NCBI GenBank assembly: GCA_040901675.1
Contig: JBBDYJ010000013.1
Location: 80,536 to 144,535 of the forward strand
Reading direction: 5' to 3'
Source: Pirellulales bacterium
GTDB taxonomy: Bacteria; Planctomycetota; Planctomycetia; Pirellulales; JAICIG01
Length of the DNA: 64,000 bases
The notes below the pieces were generated by a model that was not told where the DNA came from, ran no database searches, and saw only the letters and a program-made list of their open reading frames with translations. Made by a program: the position numbers and the translations under genes. This document shows positions 28,207 through 38,266 of this stretch, piece by piece (within the stretch, counting starts at the first letter, position 1; each line of letters opens with the position of its first letter).

Positions 28207-30060
28207 TCAGCCGAGACGACTCTTGTCGTCTTGGTCCGCTCCCCTCCCCCCTTCCCCCCGTTCCCCCATCGCACGTTCGGCCGTCTCGCCGGGAGGGGCC
28301 GAGTCGGGGAAGACGGCGGGCAACTCGAGCGAGAAGCGGCTGCCGATGCCGGGCTGGCTGGTGACAACGATCCGGCCGCCGTGCTCCTGCACGATCTTCT
28401 GGCTCACCGGCAGCCCGAGCCCCGTGCCGCGGCTCCCCTTGTGGGAGACGAACAGCGAGAAGATCTGATCGATCTCCTCCGGCGGGATGCCTCCCCCTGT
28501 ATCGCTGACGACCACACGCACCAATTGCACGAGCGGATCGTACTCGACCCGCACGGCAACGCTGGCCTCGGCCTCGGCGGATGCTTGCTGGCCACCCGGA
28601 ACGGCCGGCGGCCGGGAGTCGTCCGCCGCTGCCGGCCCGGCCTCGGCAGCCGGCTCGACCGGCGAGGCCGCCGCCCGTTCGCACGCGTCGATGGCGTTGG
28701 TCACCACGTTCAGCACCGCGCGGTGCAGTCCCTCGGCATCGAACGTCAAGACGGGCATCTGTGGGGCCGGCCCGAAGCTGAGCCGCACGCCTTTCTCGCG
28801 GGCCCTTGCCGACATCAACTCGACGACGTCGCCGGCCACCTCGTTCATGTCGGCCGGCGCCAGCTCCGGCTCGCGCTCTTTGGAGAACGTGAGCATGTCC
28901 ATGACCAGGTTCGAGATCCGTTCCTGGTTTTTCTCGACAAACTCCCAGCCCTTGCCGACCATCGACTCGTTGTGTTGCGACAGCCCCTCCTGGATCAGGA
29001 AACTACCGCCGCGGATCCCCTGCAGGATGTTCTTGATGTGGTGCGACAGCGTGGCGATCGCCTGCCCCACCGCCGCCAGCCGCTCGGCCTGGACCATCGC
29101 CGAGTAATAACGGGTGTCCTCCACGGCCAGGGCCGCCTGGTGAGCGATGGCAATCATCAGCTTCAGGTGCTCTTCGGTGAACTTGGCGGCCAACTGCTGC
29201 TGCAACAGCCGCTGCGGCGAGGTGGAGGTGTCGATATAAATCAGCCCGACCATGTTGTAGCGGCCCTGCATCGGCACGCAGATGGCCTCGCGGATGCCCA
29301 TCTGCACGATGCTGGCGGCCGGGTTCCAGCGATCGTCCTCGCGGGCATCGCTGGTCAGCACGCCTTCGTTGTGCTCCATCACGTAGTCGACGATGGTCTT
29401 GCTGATCTTGATGCGTTCCTCGCTGCGGACGCCTTTGCGGTTTCGGCGGACCTTGGGCTCCAGCTTTTTCGTCTCCGGGTTCAACAGCATGATGCAGCCG
29501 CGGTCGGCCTCGACCCACTCGAAGATGAGCTGCATGATGCGGCCCAGAAGCTGGTCGATGTCCAGCGTGTGGCTGACGGCCAGGGCGGTGCGATACATCA
29601 CCTGCAGATTGCTGCGGGCGCGGGCCAGCCAAGAGCTGGATGCTTCCTTGTCGTCCTCGAGGATCCGGCTCCCCTCGGCCTGACTCATGGCCTTGACGAT
29701 CCGCGACTCGTCTCCCGACGGGGGCCGCGTGATGATGTCGATCTTGTCGGCCAGGTCGCCCGACGATTCGTCGCCCAGGCAGGTATAGAGCATCAAGGTG
29801 CCGCCCACCTGCACCTCGTCGCCGTTGGCGAGCTCGTGCTGGCCGACCCGCTTGCCGTTGACGAAGGTGCCGTTGGAGCTGTCGAGGTCTTTGAGCCCGT
29901 AGGTTTTGCCGTTCCTGGCCAGTTCCGCGTGGCGGCGGGAGACTTCGGTGTCGTGCAACTGGATGTCGTTGGCGACGTCGCGGCCCAGGGAGAGTGCCTC
30001 GGCTTCCAGCTCGAAGCGCATGCCCTGATTGTTGCCGCGAAAGACAAACAGCGAAGGCAC
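28207..30060 (-). CDS. FHA-GAF sensor histidine kinase
   Basis: FHA (GR..SRRHA..SSNGT), GAF, H-box SHHIKN, N-box NAIDA, DTGGG, GTGLGL. Confidence 0.9.
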   Translation of the reverse strand: MPSLFVFRGNNQGMRFELEAEALSLGRDVANDIQLHDTEVSRRHAELARNGKTYGLKDLDSSNGTFVNGKRVGQHELANGDEVQVGGTLMLYTCLGDESSGDLADKIDIITRPPSGDESRIVKAMSQAEGSRILEDDKEASSSWLARARSNLQVMYRTALAVSHTLDIDQLLGRIMQLIFEWVEADRGCIMLLNPETKKLEPKVRRNRKGVRSEERIKISKTIVDYVMEHNEGVLTSDAREDDRWNPAASIVQMGIREAICVPMQGRYNMVGLIYIDTSTSPQRLLQQQLAAKFTEEHLKLMIAIAHQAALAVEDTRYYSAMVQAERLAAVGQAIATLSHHIKNILQGIRGGSFLIQEGLSQHNESMVGKGWEFVEKNQERISNLVMDMLTFSKEREPELAPADMNEVAGDVVELMSARAREKGVRLSFGPAPQMPVLTFDAEGLHRAVLNVVTNAIDACERAAASPVEPAAEAGPAAADDSRPPAVPGGQQASAEAEASVAVRVEYDPLVQLVRVVVSDTGGGIPPEEIDQIFSLFVSHKGSRGTGLGLPVSQKIVQEHGGRIVVTSQPGIGSRFSLELPAVFPDSAPPGETAERAMGERGEGGRGADQDDKSRLG

Positions 30061-30211
30061 GGTCTGGGCTCCCCGCGTGCGCCGAGGCCGGCGTGCGCCG
30101 AGGGTTGTCCCGACCCGTGCAGGGACATCGCGCGGCGCCACGCCAATCCTGGCCGGATCGTTGCTGGACCGGCGTGCCGCACCAGGCCGCGCCGCCGGCG
30201 CCGGGATTCAT

Positions 30212-30616
30212 TCACCGCGTCGCGCGGCCCTCGGTCGTTGCCGGCCGTCGAGCCGCGTCCAACAACTCCTCGATTTTACGAATCAGGGGAGCATAATGAT
30301 AGGGTTTGGCCACGATCTGGCCCGCCGGCAGCGGCCGCTGCCCGCGGGCGCTGCCCAGCATAACCAGCGGGGTGTCGCCGGCCAGCGATTCGATTGCCAC
30401 GCCGGCAGCGGCCGACCCGGCGGAATCGCATTCCAGGTCCAGGACGATCAGGTCCGGATGATGTTCGCGCGCCAGCTCCAGTGCCTGCTGCCTGCGGCTG
30501 GCCCCCAGGATGCGTACACCGCGCCGCTCCAAGGCGGCGCGGAGCACCTCTTGAGTCTCCTCCAGCGGGTCGACGACCAAAACACTGCGTTTGGCGAGCA
30601 GCACAGCTACCTCCAT
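30212..30616 (-). CDS. Single-domain receiver-like protein
   Basis: VLVVD..EVLRAALE..PDLIVLD..KPY; start uncertain. Confidence 0.7.
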   Translation of the reverse strand: MEVAVLLAKRSVLVVDPLEETQEVLRAALERRGVRILGASRRQQALELAREHHPDLIVLDLECDSAGSAAAGVAIESLAGDTPLVMLGSARGQRPLPAGQIVAKPYHYAPLIRKIEELLDAARRPATTEGRATR

Positions 30617-30785
30617 GTAGCGCAAGGGGGTGAGAGCATATACGGGGTGGGCAGGCGTGTCAAAAGCGAAATCTTGCTTGACCAACGTGCCGCAACAATC
30701 AAGAATTCAAGGAGTTATTCGCTCGCCCGCCGGCTGCCGCGCTCGCTCGCCCGCCGGCTGCCCATAACCCCCATTGGCAGGCCTC

Positions 30786-32873
30786 ATGAATCTGCTCCCG
30801 CCCCTGCCGCACTCGGCGCGGCGCGCCCTCGTCTGCTTGGGGCTTTGGCCCTTGGCCGTTGCCGCTTGCCTCGGTGGGTTCGCGCCGCCGGCCCCTCTGC
30901 CAGCCGAAGAAACCGCGGTCGCCACCGAAGCCAGCGCCGAAATCATCGAGAGGCGGCTCTTCGAGGCGGTCCGCTACCTGGCGTCCGACGAGCTGGAAGG
31001 CCGCGGCGTCGGGACCAAGGGGCTCGATCTGGCCGCGGACTACATCGCCCAACAATTCACCGACGTGGGGCTGAACACGCAACTGTACGACGGCACCGCC
31101 TTTCAAAGGTTTCAAATGACCGTCGGCACCAGCTTGGGCGGCACGAACCACCTGACCCTGGTCGGCCCGGCGACGGACGAACAGCCCGGAGGCCGACGCA
31201 TCGAGCTGAAGTTGGGCGAGGGTTTCACTCCGTTGGCCCTGGGAGGCTCCGGGGTGCTGGACCTGCCGGTCGTCTTTGCCGGCTATGGCATCACGGCCAA
31301 GGATCTCAACTACGACGACTACGCGGGTCTGGACGTCGAAGGCAAGGCGGTGATTGTCCTGCGGCACGAACCGCAGCAGGCGGACTCCCACAGCGCCTTT
31401 GATGGGAAGCGCCATTCGCAGCACGCTCCCTTTGTCCGCAAGCTGTCGAATGCCTACGAGCACGGCGCCGCCGCCGTGGTCTTCGTCACCGACGATTACG
31501 AGATCCGCGACAAGGTCGACCAGGCCCGCAAGCTTTGGCAGGAGGCGATCGACGAGTTGGCGGCGGCCAACGCCCGATTCCAGCAGCAGGTCGAGCAGTC
31601 GGGCGCGGCGACGCTCGACCAGGTCGAAGCGCACCGGCTCGAAGTCGAGAAGCTGCTGGAGCGGATTCGCGAGCTGGGCGAGCGCCTGCCCGCTCAGTAC
31701 GATCCTTTGCTCAATTTCCAGAGCGGCGGAGGCGGCGATGCACGCAGGCTGCCCGTCGTGCACTGCCGCCGCGGCGTACTGGCGAGCTTGTTCGAAGGCT
31801 CCCAGCTCGATCTGGCGGAGCTGGAACGGGCCATCGATTCCGGCCCCACGCCCCACAGCCGCGAGCTGGCCGGCTGGCGGCTCGCCGGCGAGATCAACGT
31901 CGACCGGGAGGAGGCCGAGGTCAAGAACGTCTTGGGCGTTCTGGAAGGAGCCGGGCCGCTGGCCGATGAAACCATCGTCGTGGGCGCCCACTACGACCAT
32001 CTAGGGCTGGGCGGCGACGGATCGCGGGCGCCCGGAAAGCAGGAGATCCACAACGGGGCCGACGACAATGCCTCGGGCACGGCCGTCCTGATCGAAGTGG
32101 CCCGCAGCCTGGCCCGCCGCGAACCCAGACTGCCGCGCCGCGTCGTTTTCATCGCCTTCACGGGCGAGGAACGCGGCCTGCTGGGCAGCGCCCGCTACTG
32201 CGCCGATCCGCTGGTCCCGATGGACAAGACCATCGCCATGCTGAACATGGACATGGTGGGCCGCCTGGACGAAGACAAGCTGATCATCCAGGGCGTCGAC
32301 ACGGCCGCCGAGTTCGGCCCGTTGATCGACGGCATGAACGAACGGTTCGGTTTTCAATTGACCCGGCAATCGGGGGGATTCGGGCCCAGCGACCACCACT
32401 CGTTCTACGCCAAGCAGGTGCCGGTGATGCACTTTTTTACCGGGACTCACCCCGATTACCACCTGCCGAGCGACGATTACGACAAGATCAACCTGCCGGG
32501 GATGCGCCGCATCGCCGACATGATGACCCAGGTGGTCGTGCAACTGGCCCAGACCGATTCGCGGCCGCAGTACGTCGAGATTGCCGCCAGGCCGATGGGC
32601 GGCGGCGACCGGCCTTACTTCGGCAGCATACCGGACTTTGCCCAGCAGGCGCCAGGGTATGCCATCAGCGGCGTGGCGAACCAAAGCCCGGCGCAAAAGG
32701 CGGGCCTGAAAGCCGGCGATGTGATTGTCCACTTCGGCGAGAGCAAGATCGGCGGTCTGGAGGACTTCGACAGCGCCTTGAGAAAATACAAGGCGGGGGA
32801 CAAGGTAAGCGTGGTAGTCCGGCGCGATGGGAAGGAAGTCGCGATGGAGGTCGTGCTCGGAGAGCCCCGCTGA
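30786..32873 (+). CDS. M28 family peptidase with PA and PDZ domains
   Basis: LASDELEGR, GAHYDH, NGADDNASG, GEERGL, PSDH, YHLPSD, C-terminal PDZ. Confidence 0.92.
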   Translation: MNLLPPLPHSARRALVCLGLWPLAVAACLGGFAPPAPLPAEETAVATEASAEIIERRLFEAVRYLASDELEGRGVGTKGLDLAADYIAQQFTDVGLNTQLYDGTAFQRFQMTVGTSLGGTNHLTLVGPATDEQPGGRRIELKLGEGFTPLALGGSGVLDLPVVFAGYGITAKDLNYDDYAGLDVEGKAVIVLRHEPQQADSHSAFDGKRHSQHAPFVRKLSNAYEHGAAAVVFVTDDYEIRDKVDQARKLWQEAIDELAAANARFQQQVEQSGAATLDQVEAHRLEVEKLLERIRELGERLPAQYDPLLNFQSGGGGDARRLPVVHCRRGVLASLFEGSQLDLAELERAIDSGPTPHSRELAGWRLAGEINVDREEAEVKNVLGVLEGAGPLADETIVVGAHYDHLGLGGDGSRAPGKQEIHNGADDNASGTAVLIEVARSLARREPRLPRRVVFIAFTGEERGLLGSARYCADPLVPMDKTIAMLNMDMVGRLDEDKLIIQGVDTAAEFGPLIDGMNERFGFQLTRQSGGFGPSDHHSFYAKQVPVMHFFTGTHPDYHLPSDDYDKINLPGMRRIADMMTQVVVQLAQTDSRPQYVEIAARPMGGGDRPYFGSIPDFAQQAPGYAISGVANQSPAQKAGLKAGDVIVHFGESKIGGLEDFDSALRKYKAGDKVSVVVRRDGKEVAMEVVLGEPR

Positions 32874-32913
32874 GGTGGAACATCCAAGGCAGTAGGTCCC
32901 CGCCCCCCTGCAC

Positions 32914-32951
32914 CTTCTTCCTTCTGCCTTCTGCCTTCTTCTACTGCCTTC
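32914..32951. repeat. Tandem heptamer repeat (CTTCTGC-like)
   Basis: cttcttc cttctgc cttctgc cttcttc tactgc cttc. Confidence 0.7.
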
Positions 32952-33121
32952 AGCCGATTCTGGCCTTTACCCGGCCGGACGTTCTCGGCAGAATACCGCC
33001 TCGAAAGCCAGGTAGTTGCCGCTTTCGCCAGTTGTTTCCGCCGGCCGCTCAGCCTGCCGCCGGATGGACGTGATCGATGGTCAAGGATTGACCCAGCAGA
33101 GCCAGCAAGGAGGCGCCGAAC

Positions 33122-33763
33122 GTGAAGAAGTCCCTGTTCCTGGCCGTATCGGTGGCCGCGGTTTCGTTCCATCTTACGGCGGGCGAGGCCGCCGCGCAGC
33201 GTGCCGCCGGCCCCGAAGTGGCCATCATTGACCTCGGTTACATTTTCAAGAACCACGTTCGCTTCAAGATGATGACCGACGACCTGCGGGCCGACGTGGA
33301 CCAGGCGGAAGCCGATATCAAGGCGGCCAAGGGGGCACTCGAGAAGCTGGCCCAAGGACTGGAGAGTTATCGCAAGGGGAGCGCTGAGTATAAGTCGCTG
33401 GAAGAGGAGGTCGCCCGGCGGTCGTCCGACTTGAACCTTCAGATCAAGGTGCAGAAGCGCAACTTCGTGGAACAAGAGGCCAAGAACCTCTACTCGGTCT
33501 ACCAGGAGATGGTCGAGCGCGTGAAGTACTATGCCGACCAGAACGGCGTCGCCCTGGTATTGCAGTTCAACGGCGATCCGATCGAGCAGATCGACGCGCC
33601 GGGCGTGCAGAGCCAACTGAATCGAATGGTGGTCTATTACAACCGGGCGATCGACATCACGCCGATCATCCTGGAAGAGCTCAATGCCAGCGTGCCACGC
33701 CGTCCAGCCGCGCCGGTTGGCCCGTCGACGGGGCCCAGGCAAGGCGTACCGCTCAAGCGATAG
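33122..33763 (+). CDS. skp: OmpH/Skp periplasmic chaperone
   Basis: VAIIDLGYIF, coiled coil, VYYNRAIDITPIIL; located upstream of lpx genes. Confidence 0.85.
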   Translation: MKKSLFLAVSVAAVSFHLTAGEAAAQRAAGPEVAIIDLGYIFKNHVRFKMMTDDLRADVDQAEADIKAAKGALEKLAQGLESYRKGSAEYKSLEEEVARRSSDLNLQIKVQKRNFVEQEAKNLYSVYQEMVERVKYYADQNGVALVLQFNGDPIEQIDAPGVQSQLNRMVVYYNRAIDITPIILEELNASVPRRPAAPVGPSTGPRQGVPLKR

Positions 33764-33883
33764 GCTCAGCGGGCCGGCTGGGGCCGCATGGCTCGCGCCG
33801 GCACGTCCGCGGCCGTTCATTTGTCACCGGCTCCAGGATGTATGGTCCACCGATTCAAGGATGACTCGCGTCCCCTGCCGAAC

Positions 33884-34753
33884 GTGCCGCGGCAGCAACG
33901 CACCGTCGCACGGGTCGCCGTCGTCGAGGGCTTCGGCTACTGGAGCGGAAAGGACGTGCGGGTCGAGTTTCGGCCGGCGGCCCCCGATACGGGACTGGTC
34001 TTTGTACGCCGCGACCTGGCCAGTCCGGTACGGATCGCGGCCCTGGTTGCCAATCGGATCGAGGTGCCGCGCCGCACCGCCTTGCGCTGCGGCGGCGCCA
34101 GCGTGGAAATGGTGGAACACATCATGGCGGCGCTGGGGGGGCTGGGGGTGGACAATTGCGAGATTTGGGTGGATGCGGCCGAAATGCCCGGCTGCGACGG
34201 ATCGAGCCTGCCGTTTGTCGAGGCGCTGTGCGAGGCGGGCCTGGTCAGCCAGAACGCCACCCGGCAGGCCTTAATCGTCCGCGAAGTGACGCGCCTGGGG
34301 AATGAGGAGAGCTGGGTCGAGGCCCGGCCGCCCACGTCGGGCGGACTATCGCTCAAGTTCCACCTGGACTATGGGTCGGACAGCGCCATTGGGCGGCAGA
34401 CGCTGTCGCTGCCGATCACGCCCGACTCGTTCCGCCGCGAGCTGGCGCCCAGCCGCACCTTCATGCTCAAGAGCGAGGCGGAATGGATGCTGGCGCGGGG
34501 ATTGGGGCGGCGCGCGACGCTCAAGGACCTGCTGGTTTTTGACGCCAACGGCCCCATCGACAATACACTGCGATTTCGCGACGAGTGCGTGCGCCACAAG
34601 GCGCTCGACCTGGTGGGCGACCTGGCGCTGGCCGGGTGCGACCTGTTGGCCCATTTCGTCGCTTTCCGCAGCGGCCACCGGCTGAACGCGGAACTGGTGC
34701 GGGTGCTGTTGACCGAGGGAGACATGGTGGCGGGGCGCCGCCGCTCCGCTTGA
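33884..34753 (+). CDS. lpxC: UDP-3-O-acyl-GlcNAc deacetylase
   Basis: QRTV, VEHIMAAL, DGSS, RTF, HKALDLVGDL, GHRLN; start uncertain. Confidence 0.93.
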   Translation: MPRQQRTVARVAVVEGFGYWSGKDVRVEFRPAAPDTGLVFVRRDLASPVRIAALVANRIEVPRRTALRCGGASVEMVEHIMAALGGLGVDNCEIWVDAAEMPGCDGSSLPFVEALCEAGLVSQNATRQALIVREVTRLGNEESWVEARPPTSGGLSLKFHLDYGSDSAIGRQTLSLPITPDSFRRELAPSRTFMLKSEAEWMLARGLGRRATLKDLLVFDANGPIDNTLRFRDECVRHKALDLVGDLALAGCDLLAHFVAFRSGHRLNAELVRVLLTEGDMVAGRRRSA

Positions 34754-34893
34754 AACGGCGCGGGCGCCCCGTTCGTGCGAGATGCTGAGCCGGAGACGAG
34801 GCGGAACTTAAATCAAGCGATTGTTGCTCGCGGCGCGGCCCCAAGGTATCCGCGCCGGCGGGGGACCGACTGAAACGCACCGGAGTTGCTGAC

Positions 34894-35700
34894 ATGGCTT
34901 CCTACGTCGGAGAGCACGCGGCCATCGACTCCCGCGCCGAGATCGACGCCGACGTGGAGATCGGCCCCTACTGCGTGATCGGGCCGCACGTGCGGATCGG
35001 CAGGGGCACGCGGCTGGAAAACAGCGTGACGATTACCGGGCACGTGACGATCGGCCAGGACAACCATTTCTATCCCGGCGTGGTCGTGGGGGGGGAGCCC
35101 CAGGACTTGAGCTACCAGGGCAGCGACACCCAGGTCGTCATCGGCGACCACAACACGTTCCGTGAAGGCGTCACCGTCAACCGGGCCACGGAAAAGGAAG
35201 ACGGCGTGACCCGCGTCGGCAGCCACAATTACCTGATGGCCTGCTCCCACGTGGCCCACGACTGCCGCCTGGGCAACCACATCATCATCGCCAATGGGTC
35301 GCTGCTGGGAGGGCACGTGCACGTGCACGACCATGCCTCGCTGTCGGGCGCAGTGGCCGTACACCACTATGCCACCATCGGCAGCTACAGTTTCGTGGCC
35401 GGCCTGAGCCGGGTGCTGCACGATGCGCCCCCCTTCATGCTGGTCGACGGGCATCCGTCGCGGCCTCGCTGCATCAACGTGGTGGCGCTGAAGCGCAACG
35501 ACTTTTCGGCCGAGGCGATCAACTGCCTGGCCGAGGCGCATCGCCTTTTGTACCGGGCCAAGGTGGGACTGGACCACGCCCGCGAAATCCTGCGGGGCAA
35601 CAACCAACTGTTGCCACAAGTCAACGAGCTGTTGAGCTTCGTGCAGAACCAGCAGGAAGGCAAGCACGGCCGGGCTCGCGAGCGGAGGAGAAACACGTGA
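34894..35700 (+). CDS. lpxA: UDP-GlcNAc O-acyltransferase
   Basis: Hexapeptide repeats, PQDL, REGVTVNRAT, SHVAHDC. Confidence 0.93.
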   Translation: MASYVGEHAAIDSRAEIDADVEIGPYCVIGPHVRIGRGTRLENSVTITGHVTIGQDNHFYPGVVVGGEPQDLSYQGSDTQVVIGDHNTFREGVTVNRATEKEDGVTRVGSHNYLMACSHVAHDCRLGNHIIIANGSLLGGHVHVHDHASLSGAVAVHHYATIGSYSFVAGLSRVLHDAPPFMLVDGHPSRPRCINVVALKRNDFSAEAINCLAEAHRLLYRAKVGLDHAREILRGNNQLLPQVNELLSFVQNQQEGKHGRARERRRNT

Positions 35701-36812
35701 AACCGCTGAGAGCGGCCGTCGTCGGAGCGGGCCATTTGGGCCGAATTCATGCCCGCATCCTGGCCGGCCTGGACGGATTCCGACTGGTCGGAGTGGCCGA
35801 TCCCCTCGAAGAAAATCGCCGCGAAGTGGCTCTTGCCCACCAGACGCAGGCGTATGCCGGCCATCGCCACCTGCTGGGCCAGATCGATGCGGCCGTGATC
35901 GCCACGCCCACGCGCCACCACCACCACGTGGCGATGGACCTGTTGCGGCATGGCATCCACCTGCTGGTGGAAAAGCCGTTGGCCGCCAGCCGCGAGGAGG
36001 CCGAGGAGCTGGTCGATATGGCCCGCAGGCAAGGCGCCGTGCTGCAGGTCGGGCACGTCGAGCGGTTCAACCCCGCCTTTGCCGCGGTGCTGCCGCACGT
36101 CCGCGATCCCAAGTACATCGACTCGGTCCGCAGCGGCAGCTTTACCTTTCGTTCGACCGACATCGGCGTGGTGCTCGACCTGATGATCCACGACATCGAC
36201 CTGGTGCTGTCGCTGGTCCGCTCGCCGCTGCGGCGCGTCGAGGCCCTGGGCGTCTCGATTTTCGGCCGTCACGAAGACGCGGCCAACGCGCGGTTGTCGT
36301 TCGAAAACGGTTGCACGGCCACGCTCAGCGCTTCGCGGGCCAGCCGCACGGCGGCACGGGTCATGCAAATCTGGTCCAGGCAATTGTTCGCCCGCGTCGA
36401 CTTCGCCGACCGCTCGGCGGAGCTGGTGCGGCCCAGCGACGCCTTGCTCAGCCGCCAACTGGACGTCGATCACCTGCTGCCCGAGGAGAAGGCCCGCCTC
36501 AAGGAAAACCTGTTCGCCGAGCACCTGCCCCTGGAGCGGATCCAGGCGGAGCCGGCCGACGCCTTGACCGCCGAGCTGTTGGACTTCGCCGACAGCATCC
36601 GCGCCGGCCGGGCCCCGCGGGTCACCGGAGAGCAAGGCCGCGACGCCATCGACGTGGCCGAGCAGATCCTGTCCAAGATCGCGGCGCACGCCTGGGACGG
36701 CCGCCCGGAAGGGCCGGTCGGGCCGCTGGCGGGGCCCGCTCCGCGGATCATCCGCTCGCCGCACTGGGGTCTCAAAACCCCTACGACCAGCCCTCGCCGC
36801 GAAGCCGGTTAA
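35697..36812 (+). CDS. Gfo/Idh/MocA oxidoreductase (GnnA-like)
   Basis: GAGHLG, VEKP, GHVERFNPA, DLMIHDID; GTGA overlap with lpxA. Confidence 0.85.
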   Translation: MKPLRAAVVGAGHLGRIHARILAGLDGFRLVGVADPLEENRREVALAHQTQAYAGHRHLLGQIDAAVIATPTRHHHHVAMDLLRHGIHLLVEKPLAASREEAEELVDMARRQGAVLQVGHVERFNPAFAAVLPHVRDPKYIDSVRSGSFTFRSTDIGVVLDLMIHDIDLVLSLVRSPLRRVEALGVSIFGRHEDAANARLSFENGCTATLSASRASRTAARVMQIWSRQLFARVDFADRSAELVRPSDALLSRQLDVDHLLPEEKARLKENLFAEHLPLERIQAEPADALTAELLDFADSIRAGRAPRVTGEQGRDAIDVAEQILSKIAAHAWDGRPEGPVGPLAGPAPRIIRSPHWGLKTPTTSPRREAG

Positions 36813-37036
36813 TCCTGACCAGGCGGCAAGGAGACCAGGCCAGGGGGAGCGCCGGGGGGGGCCGGCGCGGAGGTGAGATTCCCCCGCATCCGCCGCCCGT
36901 CTTCCGGCCATGCGTTGTCCGCCGCGCTGTGCGCCTGCGCCCGCTTTGCGTGTCCTATACTTTCTTACCAAGAGTATTGCGCCGATCTCGAGGCGGTCCT
37001 GGGATATCGCTCTCGAGAGGGCGAAACGAGAACGAT

Positions 37037-38146
37037 ATGACCGAGCTGTACCCGCCGACTATTCTCGTCGTGGACGACGACTCGATCACGCGCGACTTTC
37101 TCACGCATTGGTTGACCGAGGAGGGGTACCGCTGCATCCAGGCCGTCAACGCCGACGAAGCGTGGGCGTATCTTGCCAGCCACGAGGTGCACCTGATCAC
37201 GCTCGACATCCAGATGCCGGGGCGATCGGGGATGGAGATGCTGTTCCGGGTGCGGCGAGCTTTCCCCGAGACGGCGGTGGTGATGGTTACGTCGGTGCGG
37301 CGGGTCGACGTGGCCATCGAGGCCCTCACCCGGGGCGCCTGGGGCTACGTGATCAAGCCGGTCGAACGCGACGACGTGGTGTTGCACGTCAAGCGAGCGC
37401 TGGAGCGCCGCGGGAACGCCGTCGGGAAACGCAAGTACATCATCGAGCTCGAACAGCGGGTCCGCCAGGGATTGCCCATCCGCCCCGCCGAAGAGGACGC
37501 CATCTATCGCCTGGTGGCCGCCTCAACCTGCCGCGAGCAGAAAAACGGCGCGTCGATCCGCCGGACGGGTCTTTTCAGCGAGGCGCTGGCCACGGCGGCC
37601 GGTTGGGCATCGGCGGAAGCCGGCGACCTTTCGATGGCGGCGCCGCTGCGCGACGTGGGCAAGATCGCCATCCCCGACGCCATCCTCCGCAAGCCCGGAC
37701 GGTTGACGCGCGAGGAATTCGAGTTGATGAAAAGCCATACCGTCATCGGCGCGGGCATCCTCTCCAGCTCGGAGTCGCCGGTGTTGCGGACTGCTCAGGA
37801 GATTGCCCTCTGCCATCACGAGCGCTGGGGCGGCGGAGGATACCCGGCCGGCCTGGCCGGCCCCGCCATCCCCGAGAGCGCCCGCATCGTGGCCATTGTC
37901 GACGTTTACGATGCCTTGACGCACGACCGCGCCTACCGGCCGGCCTTGGCCGAATCCGAGGCGCTGGCCACGATGCTCGAAGGGCGCGGCACGTATTTCG
38001 AGCCCAGGCTGCTGGATCTGTTCCTTGCGATGTTGCCTGACATCAGGCGGATCGGGGAGGACAACCCGGACGACCCCGCGCTAGCACCGCAGACTGAAAC
38101 GGTCGATAGCTCCCAGCCGGGAATCGAGCTGCACGTGGCCGGTTAA
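37037..38146 (+). CDS. Response regulator with HD-GYP domain (HD degenerate to RD)
   Basis: ILVVDDD..LDIQMP..KP receiver; APLRDVGKI, HHERWGGGGYP, DVYDAL. Confidence 0.9.
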   Translation: MTELYPPTILVVDDDSITRDFLTHWLTEEGYRCIQAVNADEAWAYLASHEVHLITLDIQMPGRSGMEMLFRVRRAFPETAVVMVTSVRRVDVAIEALTRGAWGYVIKPVERDDVVLHVKRALERRGNAVGKRKYIIELEQRVRQGLPIRPAEEDAIYRLVAASTCREQKNGASIRRTGLFSEALATAAGWASAEAGDLSMAAPLRDVGKIAIPDAILRKPGRLTREEFELMKSHTVIGAGILSSSESPVLRTAQEIALCHHERWGGGGYPAGLAGPAIPESARIVAIVDVYDALTHDRAYRPALAESEALATMLEGRGTYFEPRLLDLFLAMLPDIRRIGEDNPDDPALAPQTETVDSSQPGIELHVAG

Positions 38147-38266
38147 ACCCGCCAGCCTTCCGCGCCGGCCGACGCCTACTACGCCTCGACGCGGCTCGAT
38201 CGGCTCGGAAGCGCCGGCAATAGAAGACTCCGTCATGCTCGATTCCGGACAAATGGGCTTGCGAAA

